From: Octopus sinensis
Taxonomy: Eukaryota
Reading direction: 5' to 3'
DNA length: 64,000 nucleotides
NCBI RefSeq assembly: GCF_006345805.1
Contig: NC_042999.1
Span: 120,962,001-121,026,000, forward strand
In this document: in pieces, positions 10,780 through 25,324 of the stretch
Layout of the letters: every line of letters starts with the position of its first letter
Position numbering within the stretch: the stretch's first letter is position 1
Program-made: the position numbers and the translations under genes
The notes under the pieces: generated by a model
Told to the model about the DNA's origin: nothing
The model's input: only the letters and a program-made list of their open reading frames with translations
Database searches by the model: none

Positions 10780-13300
10780 CTTCAGTTGTATGGAAGTTTT
10801 GGTCACTCTTCTCACTGAATCTATTTTCTTCATGACGAAGACAGTGGTACTTGGAAACATGCATCCTCAAAGCGACTATAAAACTTCAGTTCACAGGTAT
10901 TAATTTTCTCTTGCGGTATGGACCATAGATCAAAGGTTTTGTATCTCTAACATATTTCGTGATAATGGATAACCTAGTAACGGAAATAGGTTTGATTGTG
11001 CTAAAACGTTTTTACGCCAATAAACATATATTTCAATAAGTTGAAATATATGTTTATTAGTAACTAGGATTCAATGCGAACAGCACCAGGAAAGACCTAA
11101 AGAGAAAGGCTAAAGAAATATAGTACAAGAACCGTTCTTTCATCTTAATTTTTGAATAGGAACTACGGTTCTCGAGACATTACACTATACCAATTTCTTA
11201 TTGTACTTGAAAGAAATACATGACCTCATGAATGCATCCCAAATGCAACCTCTCCCATTATGGTTACGCTGGTCGATCTCAGCGATGTTTTTCTTGTTCC
11301 TGCAATGAGGTAGGCCGAGATTATCACTTAATATTAACATAGGTTAAAATACACTTCTTACAATGATAAAATGTACTAGACATCAAGAACTTCAGTTGCT
11401 ATAAGTTCTAAAATACTGATTTTTATAAGAACTATCATCACTTCCCGGCTACCAAATTAGAAACTTCAGATGCACTATCACCAGGTTTAGTGACAAATGG
11501 TCTTCCATATGATTTCCATTCTGCAATAGAAGCATTGATTTATAAAAGAAGAAGACATTAGAACTTGTTTTATGAGAATTCTAGTAAGTTCAAAAATCTC
11601 TTGAATGACTTGCACAAAACTCACAGAGTAACTTTAAACAATTTCTCAACACACACTATAATAAAAACAGTAGAGTGCTCTTCGCGAGTGAAGTTCTATC
11701 CACACTTAGTGAGTTGTAAGTTGAAGAAATTCAGGTGCTGAATACATTCATCACATGCATAAAATCTATGATGTCAATAAAGACTATGACTCAGCGAATT
11801 TTTCGGTGGCGGCAGGGAAGTCGTCAAACATCACTTCCCGACAGAAAGATTGGTTATTAATAGATGCATATAAGAAGAACACTCACTCCAGCCAGCTTGT
11901 AAACTTGTCTACTCTGCAGTCATTGAGAAATCATGTAAAATCTTGACGAACGACAAACATTGGATGTTACAAATCGTGAGGTATAAAGATAACTCTTAGC
12001 TAGAACAATATTCTAGCAGACATCCTTTTAATGTTGAACTATATAATCCTTGTTTTACGCATAAACATGGGATCAGGTGCAATGTATCTCAACGTTGGAA
12101 AAGTGTTAATATCGTTAACATCAACAAGAACAGAGGGCACAATCCTTCTTTCTCCCAACAATAGAAGTGTAGTTCTCTTATTCATTGTTAGGAGTGTTTT
12201 AACCAAGGTCATTCCTAAAAGACCTGTCCAGTCAGTGGCCCCTGAAGGGGTCAAGGCAAAGTATAAATATTTGTTGCAATGCAAGAAAATACCCTATGAT
12301 GTGTTCAATGCATTTGTGTAGCTATTAAAAGCTTCTAACACAGTAAACAAGGGACATATTTGGGATATTCTCAGAAAGTTCAGTTGTTCAACAAAATTTC
12401 TAACTCTTCTACGCCTGTTCCACACAAAGATTATGCCTCGAAATTTTATTGGAAGTCTATAAAGCTGAGCTTTCTACTGTGTAACCATTTATCAGACAAG
12501 ATTGCATGTTTCTTTCTGTGTTCTCAAGCATTATTTTTCAATTATGTTGACCACATTATTACGCGAAAACATAGAAAAGGCGAATCATTGTAAACTTTCG
12601 AGTCGACAGGAAACTTATTTATCATTTGAAGACTACAAATCATTTATAAGCTCAGAATTAAACTCATCATTGAACTTCAGTATGCAGATGACTGACTTCT
12701 GGTAGCCCACATTACATCTTCTAAAAGAACTAGCCTGACAGTTACCAATTGTAAATCTGAAGTCATCTCTCAATACAACAATACGCTACTCTCATATTCC
12801 TTACTTTTCCTATAAAAACAGCAACAACTAACCATATCCTCCCATTTCAGATACTCTGCATAATTTTCATATGGTTGCCAGTGAATGAGATTCTAATATA
12901 CTAGGATAGGCTTCCGTAGATTTTGAGATATTCAGAAAGATGAGCTTTTTAAAAGAAAATTATCTCAGCCTCCAAATCCAGATCCTCATCTACCGTATAC
13001 ACCGTATTTCAACTCCGTTGTGTTGGTGCAATGGATAAATAATAAATGGCCAGTATAACACTAGACAAAACAAGCTTTCCTCAAGCCAACATCGTCATTG
13101 TGTTCCGGCCAAATCAACAACGAATGCATATGGTTCAACTATCAACTAGTTAACTTGGACATGTATTGCACATATCTTTCTTTCACCTCACCGGTAAAAT
13201 CCACCACAGGCAGTTCCACCACAGTCATTATCTGGGTGGAGAACTAAAAGAGCCTTTCGAAGACATAGTTACAAACTATTCGTGTTGCTTTTCTCACTCT
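10780..13300 (+). mobile_element. Old, heavily mutated RTE-clade LINE (APE + RT); boundaries approximate
   Basis: DLSDVFLVPAMR (RTE APE end), AFV*LLKASNTVNKGHIWDILRKFSCSTKFLTLLRLFH (cf. AFVDLTKAFDTV..LW..L.KFGCP.KF...RLFH), IELQYADD at about 12673-12696. Confidence 0.75.
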
Positions 13301-13584
13301 TAGAGGGAGATTGAAGATGTGAAGTAACACTACGCTTAGCACGATCGGTAGAAGTGTAAAAAGAAGCATGCATTGCTGATTAATACCTAGCTTTTCCAAC
13401 CAAATATTCACTCTTCCCGTCTGCAAACGTAGCTGTACAACGAAGTTGGGAAATAGAATCATTAAAAGATTTGTAATGAAAGAGATCATCATTCATGAAT
13501 TCAGCAGACAAGCCTAAGCAAGTAAGGAGGTAAGGAGGTACCACATACGAGTATGTATCAGTATGAGTGTGTGTACGTATGTAT

Positions 13585-13626
<42 letters not shown>

Positions 13627-13711
13627 AATGAAACACAGAAGATAGAATATATATATGTGTGTATGTGTGTGTGTACATATATAAATTGACAGACGGACAG
13701 ACACACACACA

Positions 13712-13834
<123 letters not shown>

Positions 13835-13989
13835 TTCTTAAATAACAAAAGGGAAATGAGATGGTATACAAAAAAGAATTTAACTAAATTACATGACATA
13901 TAACGAAATAGGTGGAAAATGTAATTCTATCTTGTTCGTGTTTAGATTGTTTTTATATTATTCTTTTTATCTTTTTGTAAACATGACAG

Positions 13990-15900
13990 GCGTGAAATAT
14001 TTGTTAATTTTCTATAAGACACAAATTGATTAAGATTAAATTTGATAGCACAAACTATATTAAATATTCACACCAAGCAAAATTGTTTATACTCTTCTTT
14101 GTGACAGCAAGTTTTAATCTAACCAGCTAGTTTATCAGCCTTAGTATTAAAATTTTGTAATATTTCAGCAATTCTCCTTTTTCGTTTTAAATACTCATGG
14201 ACCTGTCTCTAACTTACTACATCTTACTAACACCACACTAAGATGCTAATTATCTTGCCTTTACATACTGTTCATCACAACTCTCAAGATTACATACAAG
14301 GTTCCAGCTTTAGTCTGAATGTTAGCATGAAAATTCTGGCAAAATTCATTCAACCCCGTTAATTCTCTCTTATTGCACATCATTTAAAATTTCGATTATT
14401 TTCCATCAAAATTTCCCTTCCTCACTCTTCTAACTCAATCTGTCGTTTGTGCAACCCCATTTCTATTTCTAAGTAATTGTTCGACCATTTCTGAGTTTCA
14501 CTGTAGTCATCACTCTCTATAATTTTAAATGTCACAACACCTATTGGATATCACCTTTCGACTGGTAACAGAAGACGAATACTTTGCATTCATGAGTGTT
14601 CTGGAACAGCTAGTATCGTAACTTACACGTATCACGTTCTCACCTTTAAAATTAGCTTTTAACAGAATATTATCACCTCTGTAATTATCCTGAATGCTAT
14701 GGCATTTCTAGTCAGAATTTCACCACTTATACACTAAGTAAATTGACATCACTCCTATTGTACATGACAATGCTAGGAACATTAACAGAAATTATGTTTT
14801 CAGGTATGCCTCTTCCCATATCTCAAGTCTGTCACGTAGTTCACATATAGCTAACCTGTAAATACAGCCGTAAACACAATCTACTCTCCCTGTAGAAACT
14901 TGCATCGTAATAACCAATTGGATCTTACTCACCGTTCCAACTATCACAATGTCTACAAACTCTTTCGCTACCCAAATCGCGCTGGTTATTTTGTTTCTTT
15001 GCTGAGAGTATCATTGTTCAACTACTCGATCGTCAATACATCATGATCTGAAAGATGCCACCATTGCATCCATTACAACAATCTACACACACGAAAACAC
15101 TTTGGTAGTTTGAAATCATCAGCACTACCGCCCCTAACAATCTCCTTTTCGTCGCATTGAAAATTTCCGAGGAGAATAACTTTTCTAGACCTCTCAAATA
15201 TCGATCTATTCCTCTCTTTTTCAAGATTTGATGAAGAGAGCAATCGTCAACTCCCTTCTCCAAGCATGTAAGTGTCTTATTTTCCTTAAAGATCATCGGC
15301 GTTTCTGCGTCTCCTCTGCGATGCTGAAAACAATGTCACAGCACTTCACATCAGCAATGCATTATGATGGAATTTGACGCACGAATGTCTCAACAAAATT
15401 TCCCAACTATGGGTTGTATCCTTTTCAAATACCTTAAAATTGTAAGTTTGTCAGATCTCACATCATCACAATGTATGCTGATGATAGTGTATTTTTGTCT
15501 CGTACACTAAACTCTGGTGTGTGCTCTAAGGATAAGTTAAAGTATCTACTCCAGTTATTACCGCAAGGGCCTCATTGCTGCAACTTACACTATTTCCCCT
15601 TTTGCAACCTTCCACATGCATGTATTAAAATCACGCAAACTAGACATCATATCCAACAACAAATAAACTTTCTTCAATTAGGCGATCTGCCTAGGCATTG
15701 TCCAAATCAAGGAAACTGTATTGTACATCACTAAATAATATTTTTTTCGATCTCGCTCTCCTGGAACCTAATCCTTCTTTCCTAATTCTTTCGTAAAGAC
15801 TTCATCTTGCGTATTTTCAGACTGAACAACAATTGTTTCAATTTCGTGAGTCGCAGAGCATCTGTAAATGTCAAAATACACCTCTTTCCACGAGACTGCT
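13990..15900 (-). mobile_element. Very degraded LINE, probably RTE clade; boundaries approximate
   Basis: Minus-strand remnants: DFN (APE GDFN) near 15620, NYRG near 14680, EMGLHK (cf. VGVHQG) near 14455. Confidence 0.45.
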
Positions 15901-18900
15901 TTCCACTCCACAAACAAATCACATCAAAAGCAACGTATTGTTTTTTTTACTCCATTAGTGAAATTAAGTCTAGCCAAATATATTAACATATTCCTCTCCC
16001 AAAGATATAATTTTTTTTATCTATGTGAGCCCAGAAAATGAAAATGTGTGACGTATGTCCTAGTTGCAAATCAATTGAAACCCCTTGAACAAGAAAATCC
16101 ACTCTATTATAGATTTAATTTACTGGGAGACAGTCACCACACCACAAAGCATGAAACGGTTTGACGAATATTGTTTTCGGTTGCATATGACGTTTATGTA
16201 TTTAATTTAAGGGAGGTTATGTGTGTTTGTAACAGTCTTACCGATCGCACGGTAAACAACTTTGAAGGCAAACATTACTCATCTTGGAATTTATTATGTC
16301 ATATCGCTGGAAAGTTACCTTCTTTTTTTGTCTATCTGCATCACATTTGAAGGAACGTTAAGAAATATTCATTTAAAGTGAAGTTAATTTACAATTTAAG
16401 TTTGTTTAAGAATAAAATATAGTTGGCTATACTTATATCTTAAAACATCATACTAATGAAGATATCTTTTGCATAAACATTATTAGAGACAGACAAGGAG
16501 CCTAAACAGTGAGTTTGATCATGATGTAGAGTTAATTATTGTGTCTGCACATAGGCACGCGTATTTGTGTCATCTTAGATCGTAATACCAATATATATCT
16601 ATCCACTGAAGTTTGCCCAAGGATCAAGTATATAAAATAGAGACAGTGATGTTTTGTGTGCGAACAAATTTATCTGTCTCCGAATAGTCTTTGAAATTAT
16701 CTTTTATTGATAATTAGTTCGTTTAGCAAAATAATGAACCGAATGTTATTGTACAGTAGATATACTAAGTGATAAAGATAAAAGATTCGTCATATAAATT
16801 CATATATATATATATACGTGCGTGAAAGTGTGTTTGTGTGTGTACATGCATATGTATGACTATGAATAAGGGATATAAGTATGTATGAGGTAAAAGTCGA
16901 CTTAGATTTTCTAGATAATTTTGTTTACTTAAACTACTCGATTTTGGTTATTCTGAGAGAATGGTCGGCTTCTTATTGCTTCTCTATATGATGTTTGTTG
17001 ATTTTAATTGTTTTAGCTTGTCTCTACTTTGGAAATGTTATATCTGGGAATTAGTTTTATATTTAAATAAATTAATCGTGTTAAAGTGAAATTACTTGAA
17101 GATGACAGCTAATTCCAATAAATAAATTCTGCTTTTACTGAGTAGTTACTTGTGACTAAACTTTGATCAAGTAGTGTAAGTTCGTCATAATCAACAGAAT
17201 ACGTAATTTGCCAATGCTCTTTGCTCTGCACGAATGAATGGGCGTCACTTGCACAAGGTGTAAATTAGAGGGCTACAGACTGTCTAAACATCTAATGAAA
17301 TCAGTTTTCATTGCCTTTTCGTGTTTCATCGCGAGTTAAGAAGTAATGTATTCAATATCGTACACATTTTTTTTTCATTGAAATTTGCTTCTCAACTGAT
17401 GAAAGAAAATAAAAATCCAAGAATAAAGAGGTAACAGTTCATGACTCTCAAAGGGAGAGGAGATAATTTTAATTTAAACCAGAATTAATATCGGAAAGTT
17501 AATTTACATATTTAGTGAGTGGGGATATCTGATCTTTGATTGCAGCTAATTGACAACAGCAGTGATATTTCTTTCTATGGGACACTACCAACATAGTACA
17601 GTCGACTATCCTATACTTCATCAGTTGACAATGGCTTTTACATAGAGAAAAAGTGTCATGAGTCATTTTCTGCCAATATAATTTGCAATATACAGTTGCT
17701 CTACTATGTTGTCACAGAATATTATTCTTTTCTCCAGTGGAAAACATTTCATAGAATTCTGCAGAAGCGACAGCCAATTTTATAGCACTAAAATATATAT
17801 GTCCACATATTGATTATTTTTCCCATATATACAATGCTAAGATACTCGCCGATAATTATCAACATCAACTAATCTGATTATTCAATTTCAATTATATACA
17901 ACCTTCATTTTATCATATTCCGTCATCTCGTGTGCTTTGCTTCTCTTATAATTTTCTAGAGGTCTCCTGTACTAGCCAGATATAACTCTTTTCCTCTTCT
18001 TCCCACGTTTTCTTTATTTCAACTCTGTTTCTCTATGTCTCACTTTCTCTCACTCACTCACTTTTCTTTTTCTCGAAGCTGTCTCTCACTCTCCTTTTCT
18101 CTCCCTCTGTTTCTTCCCACTTTCTAAATGTCACTCTCACTTTCTAACTCTCACTTTCTACTCAGCTTTGTAGCCGTTGATGTCAAGACTGTAAGTCTCT
18201 GGAAGTAAATACTTGTTCAATATTCGCTGCAGTAAATGATATAAGGCAGAGTAATCATGTCACATCAACACAAATGACACAGTGGCGGGTTGCACGTAGG
18301 AGTAAAAGAAAGTATAAAATCCATGTAATAAGTCATATATAAAATAACGTAGAATGCTTAAACTATCGCAATAACATTCTGTTCCATGATCACAGCGCGA
18401 TACAAGTGTATGTTTCACATACAAATATGATCATGTCAAGACACCTAATCTACAAGCAGCAGAGTCCATCTATTTGTAAACATGTGTCACAGAATAAGAT
18501 AAATTCAAGCCCGTACATTTAATTAAACAAACATGTGAACTTGTTCCTTCTTTTAAGAAGACACCGTAACCGAGACACGGAGGCATAATACATTCACAAC
18601 AATAATAATTGTATTGCAATGGTCCCTTATTTCAAATAAAGCAACTTATCAATTATTCCTAGCAGTCAAAACTGTGTGGTGTATGACTATATTCATAAAA
18701 TATTGTCATTGCCCATTGAGTGAGTGGGAGCAAATATGTACCATTCATAAACATGTTCAGTTAATGACAGTCCTATTGACTATCTCTGAATGTGGATGTT
18801 GAACGCTTATGAAGTGACTGAATAAGTCGGGACTTAACAGGCTGATGATAATGTTGATTAATTGATTTTGATGAATACAGTCTTTTCAGTTTCAAATTGT

Positions 18901-19362
18901 CGCTGTATGAATTGATGTTTACCTACCATAATGTATAATGTTTTCTGTTTCACAGAATAGATTGTTGTCACATTTATCAATGTTGTTAATGACATCATGT
19001 CTATTATTTCTATAAATACATTTAAAGGTTTCATATCTTTCTCCTTGATATGTTTCTCATAATTTATTTTAGTTATTGATTTTAATCTTCAAGAGCAGAT
19101 CAATGCAATATATGAATTACAACTTGTCAAATTATTAGTGAACAGAAATGCAAATGAAGGGCATAGGGTGAATATTGAGCTGACGAGTTGTCTTACATCA
19201 CTTGCAAAATGTTAGGTTACTCACCTAAATTTTAATACATGGTGTTTTTATGAACTAGTCACCATTGTAAATATAGTATATAGCGTAATACAACTTATTT
19301 ATAGCGCTTACGTGTACATATATATGTGTACAAGTTTGTATGTAGCGTGTGTGTGTAATATT

Positions 19363-19397
<35 letters not shown>

Positions 19398-19400
<3 letters not shown>

Positions 19401-19584
19401 AGATCGATAGCCACTACACATTTTTTTTCTCTCCTTGTCTTTTTCTGTGTCCCTTTCTGTAGAAGGGCGTAGGCTCGAAACGGAAAAGACCTTTTTCAAT
19501 TCCTGAGCGTTATACTAATACATCAGTTTGTTTTCTACACCATCTGTCTTCGTCTTTTGATTTTTTTTTCGTGAACTCTCCCCC
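19398..19584 (+). mobile_element. ~187-bp (TA)n-flanked repeat with a hammerhead-like motif (probable PLE 3'-end insertion), copy 1
   Basis: Bounded by (TA)n and duplicated at 20049-20235. Contains CUUU CUGUAGAA GGGC GUAG GCUC GAAA CG GA AAAG. Confidence 0.5.
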
Positions 19585-19606
19585 TATATATATATATATA
19601 TATATA

Positions 19607-20010
19607 GGCGCAGGAGTGGCTGTGTGGAAAGTAGCTTGTTTACCAACCACATGGTTCCGGGTTCAGTCCCACTGCGTAGCACCTTGGGCAAGTGTCTTCT
19701 ACTATAGCCTCGGGCCGACCAAAGCCTTGTGAGTGGATTTGGTAGGCGGAAACTGAAAGAAGCCCGTCGCATATATGTATTTATATATATGTGTGTGTGT
19801 GTATGTGTGTGTGTGTGTGTGTCTGTGTCTGTCCCCCTAGCATTGCTTGACAACCGATGCTGGTGTGTTTATGTCCCCGTTACTTAGCGGTTCGGCAAAA
19901 GAGACCGATAGAATTAGTACTGGGCTTACAAAGAATAAGTCCCGGGGCCGAGCTGCTCGATTAAAAGCGGTGCTCCAGCATGGCCGCAGTCAAATGACTG
20001 AAACAAGTAA
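19607..20010 (+). mobile_element. Full-length tRNA-derived SINE (abundant octopus-type family), copy 1
   Basis: GGCGCAGGAGTGGCTGTGTGG head, GGTTCAGTCCC B-box, internal (TA)/(TG) tract, 3' GTCAAATGACTGAAACAAGTAA. Confidence 0.9.
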
Positions 20011-20048
20011 TATATATATATATATATATAATATATATATATATATAT

Positions 20049-20235
20049 GATAGATCGATAGCCACTACACATTTTTTTTCTCTCCTTGTCTTTTTCTGTG
20101 TCCCTTTCTGTAGAAGGGCGTAGGCTCGAAACGGAAAAGACCTTTTTCAATTCCTGAGCGTTATACTAATACATCAGTTTGTTTTCTACACCATCTGTCT
20201 TCGTCTTTTGATTTTTTTTTCGTGAACTCTCCCCC
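20049..20235 (+). mobile_element. Copy 2 of the (TA)n-flanked hammerhead-like repeat
   Basis: Essentially identical to 19398-19584. Confidence 0.5.
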
Positions 20236-20255
20236 TATATATATATATATATATA

Positions 20256-20653
20256 GGCGCAGGAGTGGCTGTGTGGAAAGTAGCTTGTTTACCAACCACA
20301 TGGTTCCGGGTTCAGTCCCACTGCGTAGCACCTTGGCAAGTGTCTTCTACTATAGCCTCGGGCCGACCAAAGCCTTGTGAGTGGATTTGGTAGGCGGAAA
20401 CTGAAAGAAGCCCGTCGCATATATGTATTTATATATGTGTGTGTGTGTATGTGTGTGTGTGTGTGTGTCTGTGTCTGTCCCCCTAGCATTGCTTGACAAC
20501 CGATGCTGGTGTGTTTATGTCCCCGTTACTTAGCGGTTCGGCAAAAGAGACCGATAGAATTAGTACTGGGCTTACAAAGAATAAGTCCCGGGGCCGAGCT
20601 GCTCGATTAAAAGCGGTGCTCCAGCATGGCCGCAGTCAAACGACTGAAACAAG

Positions 20654-20656
<3 letters not shown>
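20256..20656 (+). mobile_element. Full-length SINE, copy 2 (tandem duplicate)
   Basis: Near-identical to 19607-20010, including shared idiosyncratic bases. Confidence 0.9.
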
Positions 20657-20701
<45 letters not shown>

Positions 20702-21389
20702 AATAACGTTTTTCGCAGTGTACAGAATAATATAATGAAAATAACGTTAGTCAGAAGAAATTAGGAAATTGTTTTATAGTCTGTCTTATATACAGAGTGT
20801 CTTCAAATTTTCCAACACAATCAAATGTGATGGAATAAAATAAAGTGTGATAAAACTAAAGACAAAATAAAGATAAGATGTTTACGTCATTAAATTTAAG
20901 AATTTATCTAATGTTTGAAAATGGTTATGGCTCCACAAAAGGAAGGAAATCTAGTTTCTTTTAGATACGAATAAGTAAGCTCATATGGCGGTGATGAAGG
21001 TATGATGCGAACTGCATAGTGAGAAGTTATCTAGCTGCATTTTACAGCCAACGATGGCATAAATCCTAAGTGACATAATCGTACTATAGTCCGTGTATTG
21101 TGTTCTCTCTGATGTCCGCGAGAACGGATCACGTGATGAGAGAGGGTTGACTGCTATTCAGCCAATACCTTACTATATATGTTTATACGAATGTATGTGA
21201 GAGAATACTAGGCAACATCTGCTAATATATATATATATATATATGTATATGTGTGTGGGGGGTACGTGTGTGTGTGTATGTGCGTGTGAGTGTGTGTGTT
21301 GGTGTATGTGTGTCTATATATGTATATGTATATATATATATACATATACACACACGCACACACTCACACACACACACTCATACACACAT

Positions 21390-21420
<31 letters not shown>

Positions 21421-21499
21421 CATACATACATACATACATAATTCCTCACCTCTTAAATATAGAACTATGTGTATGTGTGTGTGCGTGTGTGTGTACATA

Positions 21500-21705
21500 T
21501 GTGTGTTTGTGTCTGTCCCCTTACCCCACCATCACTTAACAACCGATCTTAGTGTGCTTACGTGCTTTTAACTTAGCAGTTTAGCAAAAGAGATCGAAAG
21601 AATAAGTACTAGGCTCACCAAGAATAAGTCTTCGTGTCGATTTTTCATTAAGGTGGTGCTCTAGCATGGCTGCAGTCAAATGACTGAAACAAGTAAAAGA
21701 ATAAC
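21500..21705 (+). mobile_element. 3' half of the same SINE family, diverged
   Basis: TGTCTGTCCCC...TTAGCAAAAGAGATCGAAAGAATAAGTACTAGGC...GTCAAATGACTGAAACAAGTAAAAGAATA. Confidence 0.8.
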
Positions 21706-22179
21706 AGAATAAATAAATGTGCGTGTGTGATACATTAATAGTGCTAGTTTATTATTGTAAACTTGAAAATATTAAGCTTCATCTCAGCTGCTGTCATGCT
21801 TGCCGTGTGAATTCGACTCTCCGTAGCGGTCTCCACACACACTTCGAACATGGATCCACCTGAATGCACTCCATCACACGATGAAAGCCAAAACTGGAGA
21901 GGAAAACTTTAGTAAACACCATACTTATATATACAGAATTCTCCGCAAAAATATACGTCTATTATCGTAAGAATTATTCATAGACCAGCACAATGCTTAC
22001 GTGAAGGCATTCGTAAAAATATATAAAATTAGAACACAATTGTCTAGTGAAAACATATCGAAAAGAAAACCTGTTTCCAATATGTCCAAATGTATTTGTA
22101 AATACACGCATTCATATCACACACATGCACACGCACATAATGTGTATGTGTGTGCGCGCGCGCGCATGCTGTGTGTGTG

Positions 22180-22250
<71 letters not shown>

Positions 22251-23949
22251 GTGCGTGTGTAATCAAGTTGTCCTACATATTTTTTATATTGATATCGGAA
22301 AAATACTTGAGTAATAATATGTGGACGAATGAAAACAATAGAATGTTTTTCTGCGTATATGGTCAGACGTTTACACTAACTATTATACCCTACGGTATCT
22401 GAGAAAATATTATTTACGTAAACATATTTCTGTTGCGTTTTATTTAGTGCAGAGTTGATTGTGCTTTCTAATTCCCTGTGTTTGAATTGCTTTTCTTGTG
22501 CAATGTAACCCTGAGCTCTCCTACTATGTATATTTAAATATGTTGTTAAAAATGTAGTTTAGAAAAACAACAAAATATATTACATTTTTAATTTTCTTCA
22601 GTCGTCGTATATAAACATCTAAACTTCACAGCTTCAGTAAATTCTGTGATACCAAAGTTGACATTGCAGAATTCAATCAATAAGACTGGACAAAAACCGT
22701 ATCGTCTCATATTTAAATGTTTGTATTTGTTAAATGGGTCAATGAAAGAAATTACGCTCCATAATATTTAAAATTAGTGAATTATTTTACAAGTAATTCA
22801 GACAGATTACTGCAACATTTTGAGATATTTTATTGAAGTGTTTATATCATTACATTTTGTTTACTGATGTTTACTGATTGATTACATAATCTCAGTGCTT
22901 ACATTATTGATTTTAATGAGGCACTTCAATGAGATCCTGCTTATTTATTTCCCTCTTTGTCTTTTGTATAGATGTGTGTTCTATTGTTTTGTTATTTGGT
23001 TCTGTGTGTCTTAGTTATTTTCATTGTTAATACTCGGTACTTTGAATTTGTGATGCATTATATTTACCCGCATCAAGTTTAATCTGAGTTTTAGACCGTT
23101 CCAGTTAACTTAAAATTTTCTAGTCGTGATAGAGATAAACACTGAAACAATCCTTTCGAACAGATCAAATCCAAATAACGTCGACAGGATAATCAGCTAG
23201 AGATCAGCAAACTTAAAGTACAATGATCAGACGCAATATCAGGCAACAATTTAATTTTCCGCTGAATGTCGAGATTTTGTATTTTAACTTCAATAGCTTT
23301 GCATCTCGTATATCATGATTCTATTAATAACCACCAAACAAATATCTTTTTAAGATAAGAACTTCATTCAGAGAGAATTGGTGTCAATTTCTTGCCAAAA
23401 ATAGCTAAATTATATCCCTTTCGTAAACTTATCGTACACGAAGTTAAAGTCTCATTCTCAATTATGACGAGATTGTACATTTCTTGCGGATTTGACTTGG
23501 TACGAATTAAAGAATAGAAATTCAGTTACTTTACTTTCATGCTGTAAATGTCATTTAGCCACAGGCCAAGATTGATCTAGCTATGGACAAAAGCCTTCCC
23601 AGAATGATAATTCTGTCATTTTGCCGAAGGCTGATCAGCTCATTCCTTTCTATCTAAGACACATTAAACACTTTTAAGACGTTATAATGGAATGTGAGGT
23701 AGATTTGATCACTATTTTTGTAGGTTGGCAATCACATAGATTTCTGTCAAACTGTTATATTTAATACAATCATATAAATTATTCAGTCGATTTTTTAAAA
23801 GATTTAGCCAGAATAAGGTTTACAGCTAGCTCTTCACTTGTATTAAAACGTATGATGCATATCTACAAATATATATAGTCACTCACATATATACACATGT
23901 AAATGCATAAATGTATCGCTTTCACTCTCCCTCTCTCTCTCTCTATATA

Positions 23950-24028
23950 TATATATATAGATAGATACAGACAGACAGACAGACAGACAGAGATACGTAC
24001 ATACATTCATACATGCATAAATAGATAA

Positions 24029-24079
<51 letters not shown>

Positions 24080-24233
24080 CACACATATATACATACATGC
24101 ATACATACATACATACATACATACATACATACATGCATGCATGCATACATACATACATACATACATACATACATACATACATACATACATACATACATAC
24201 ATACATACATACATACATACATACATACATACA

Positions 24234-24262
<29 letters not shown>
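23950..24262. repeat. Compound (GACA)n/(GATA)n/(CATA)n microsatellite
   Basis: Direct reading. Confidence 0.95.
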
Positions 24263-24269
<7 letters not shown>

Positions 24270-25283
24270 TGTATACAATACGAAGAATATAATCAGTGAA
24301 TTCGAATTTCGGAACACAGAATGAAACACTCCAAAAATTACAACGAATTCTACTTGAAAGTTGAAAGCTAAACAATGCTAATTAGTAATGGAATAAAATG
24401 TGCCAAAGCGATAGACATTGAAGAATTCCGAACAACAAAAGACTTGGATACGCTGAATACTCTACGTTACTCTTAACACAAAACCCATGCATTAATTGAG
24501 GCAAACCATTATTGAAGTAAGACTCAAGAATATAAATGGTATTTGAATTTTGCAAAATAATCAAAATCAAATGACTAACCAATTCTATGAAATTCTCATG
24601 TTGGCGAAACATTGAAATCACATACAGTGCAGACGATCATTTCGTCAGCAGATATAGTCATTACTTAATGAGCATGTGTCATCAACATGAAATTGTATGT
24701 GTGGATGTTAATAGCAGTCTAGAGCCTATCCAGACATATCTAATTTAAACTAGATGTATTAATTGTTCTTCGTTACAAATATCGCCTCTGTCGCTAATAG
24801 CTTATTTATTATATCTTCGTGATAGTTTTTTTTTAATCTAAACACATTAACTCACTAGGCTAACAATTTTAGGTAAGAAAACTAATTAAATCGACACAAT
24901 ATTTGTAATATAGGTATGGCGCCAAAAATTTGAAAGAAGCGAAAATTGAATATATCGATCTCAGAAACATGACTAGAACTTTATTTTATAATCCCATAGG
25001 GATAAGAGGCGAACTCGACGTCCGTGATAGTAGTGACGGTGATTTCTAGCACACAAATTCTCGGTTTCAATGGCTGCGGCGTAGGGCTGGGGCTTTGAAC
25101 TGGTTGATCAGCCACCCGATTCTCTAGATTTGGCGTGGTCAGACTATCCACTGTTCCCCAGCACTAGAGTTGAAAATTCATGAAATATTGTTTGCAGTTA
25201 TATCAAATATTTTTCCAACTTTCTGTTTAGTGTGTGTGTGTGTGTGTGTATACATGTGTATGTACGTGTGTGTACGTGTATAT

Positions 25284-25324
<41 letters not shown>

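Noticed and set aside
18961-19217. Possible two-exon plus-strand reading frame
   Set aside because: The implied intron is only about 45 nt, the product is unrecognisable, and such open stretches arise by chance in AT-rich DNA.
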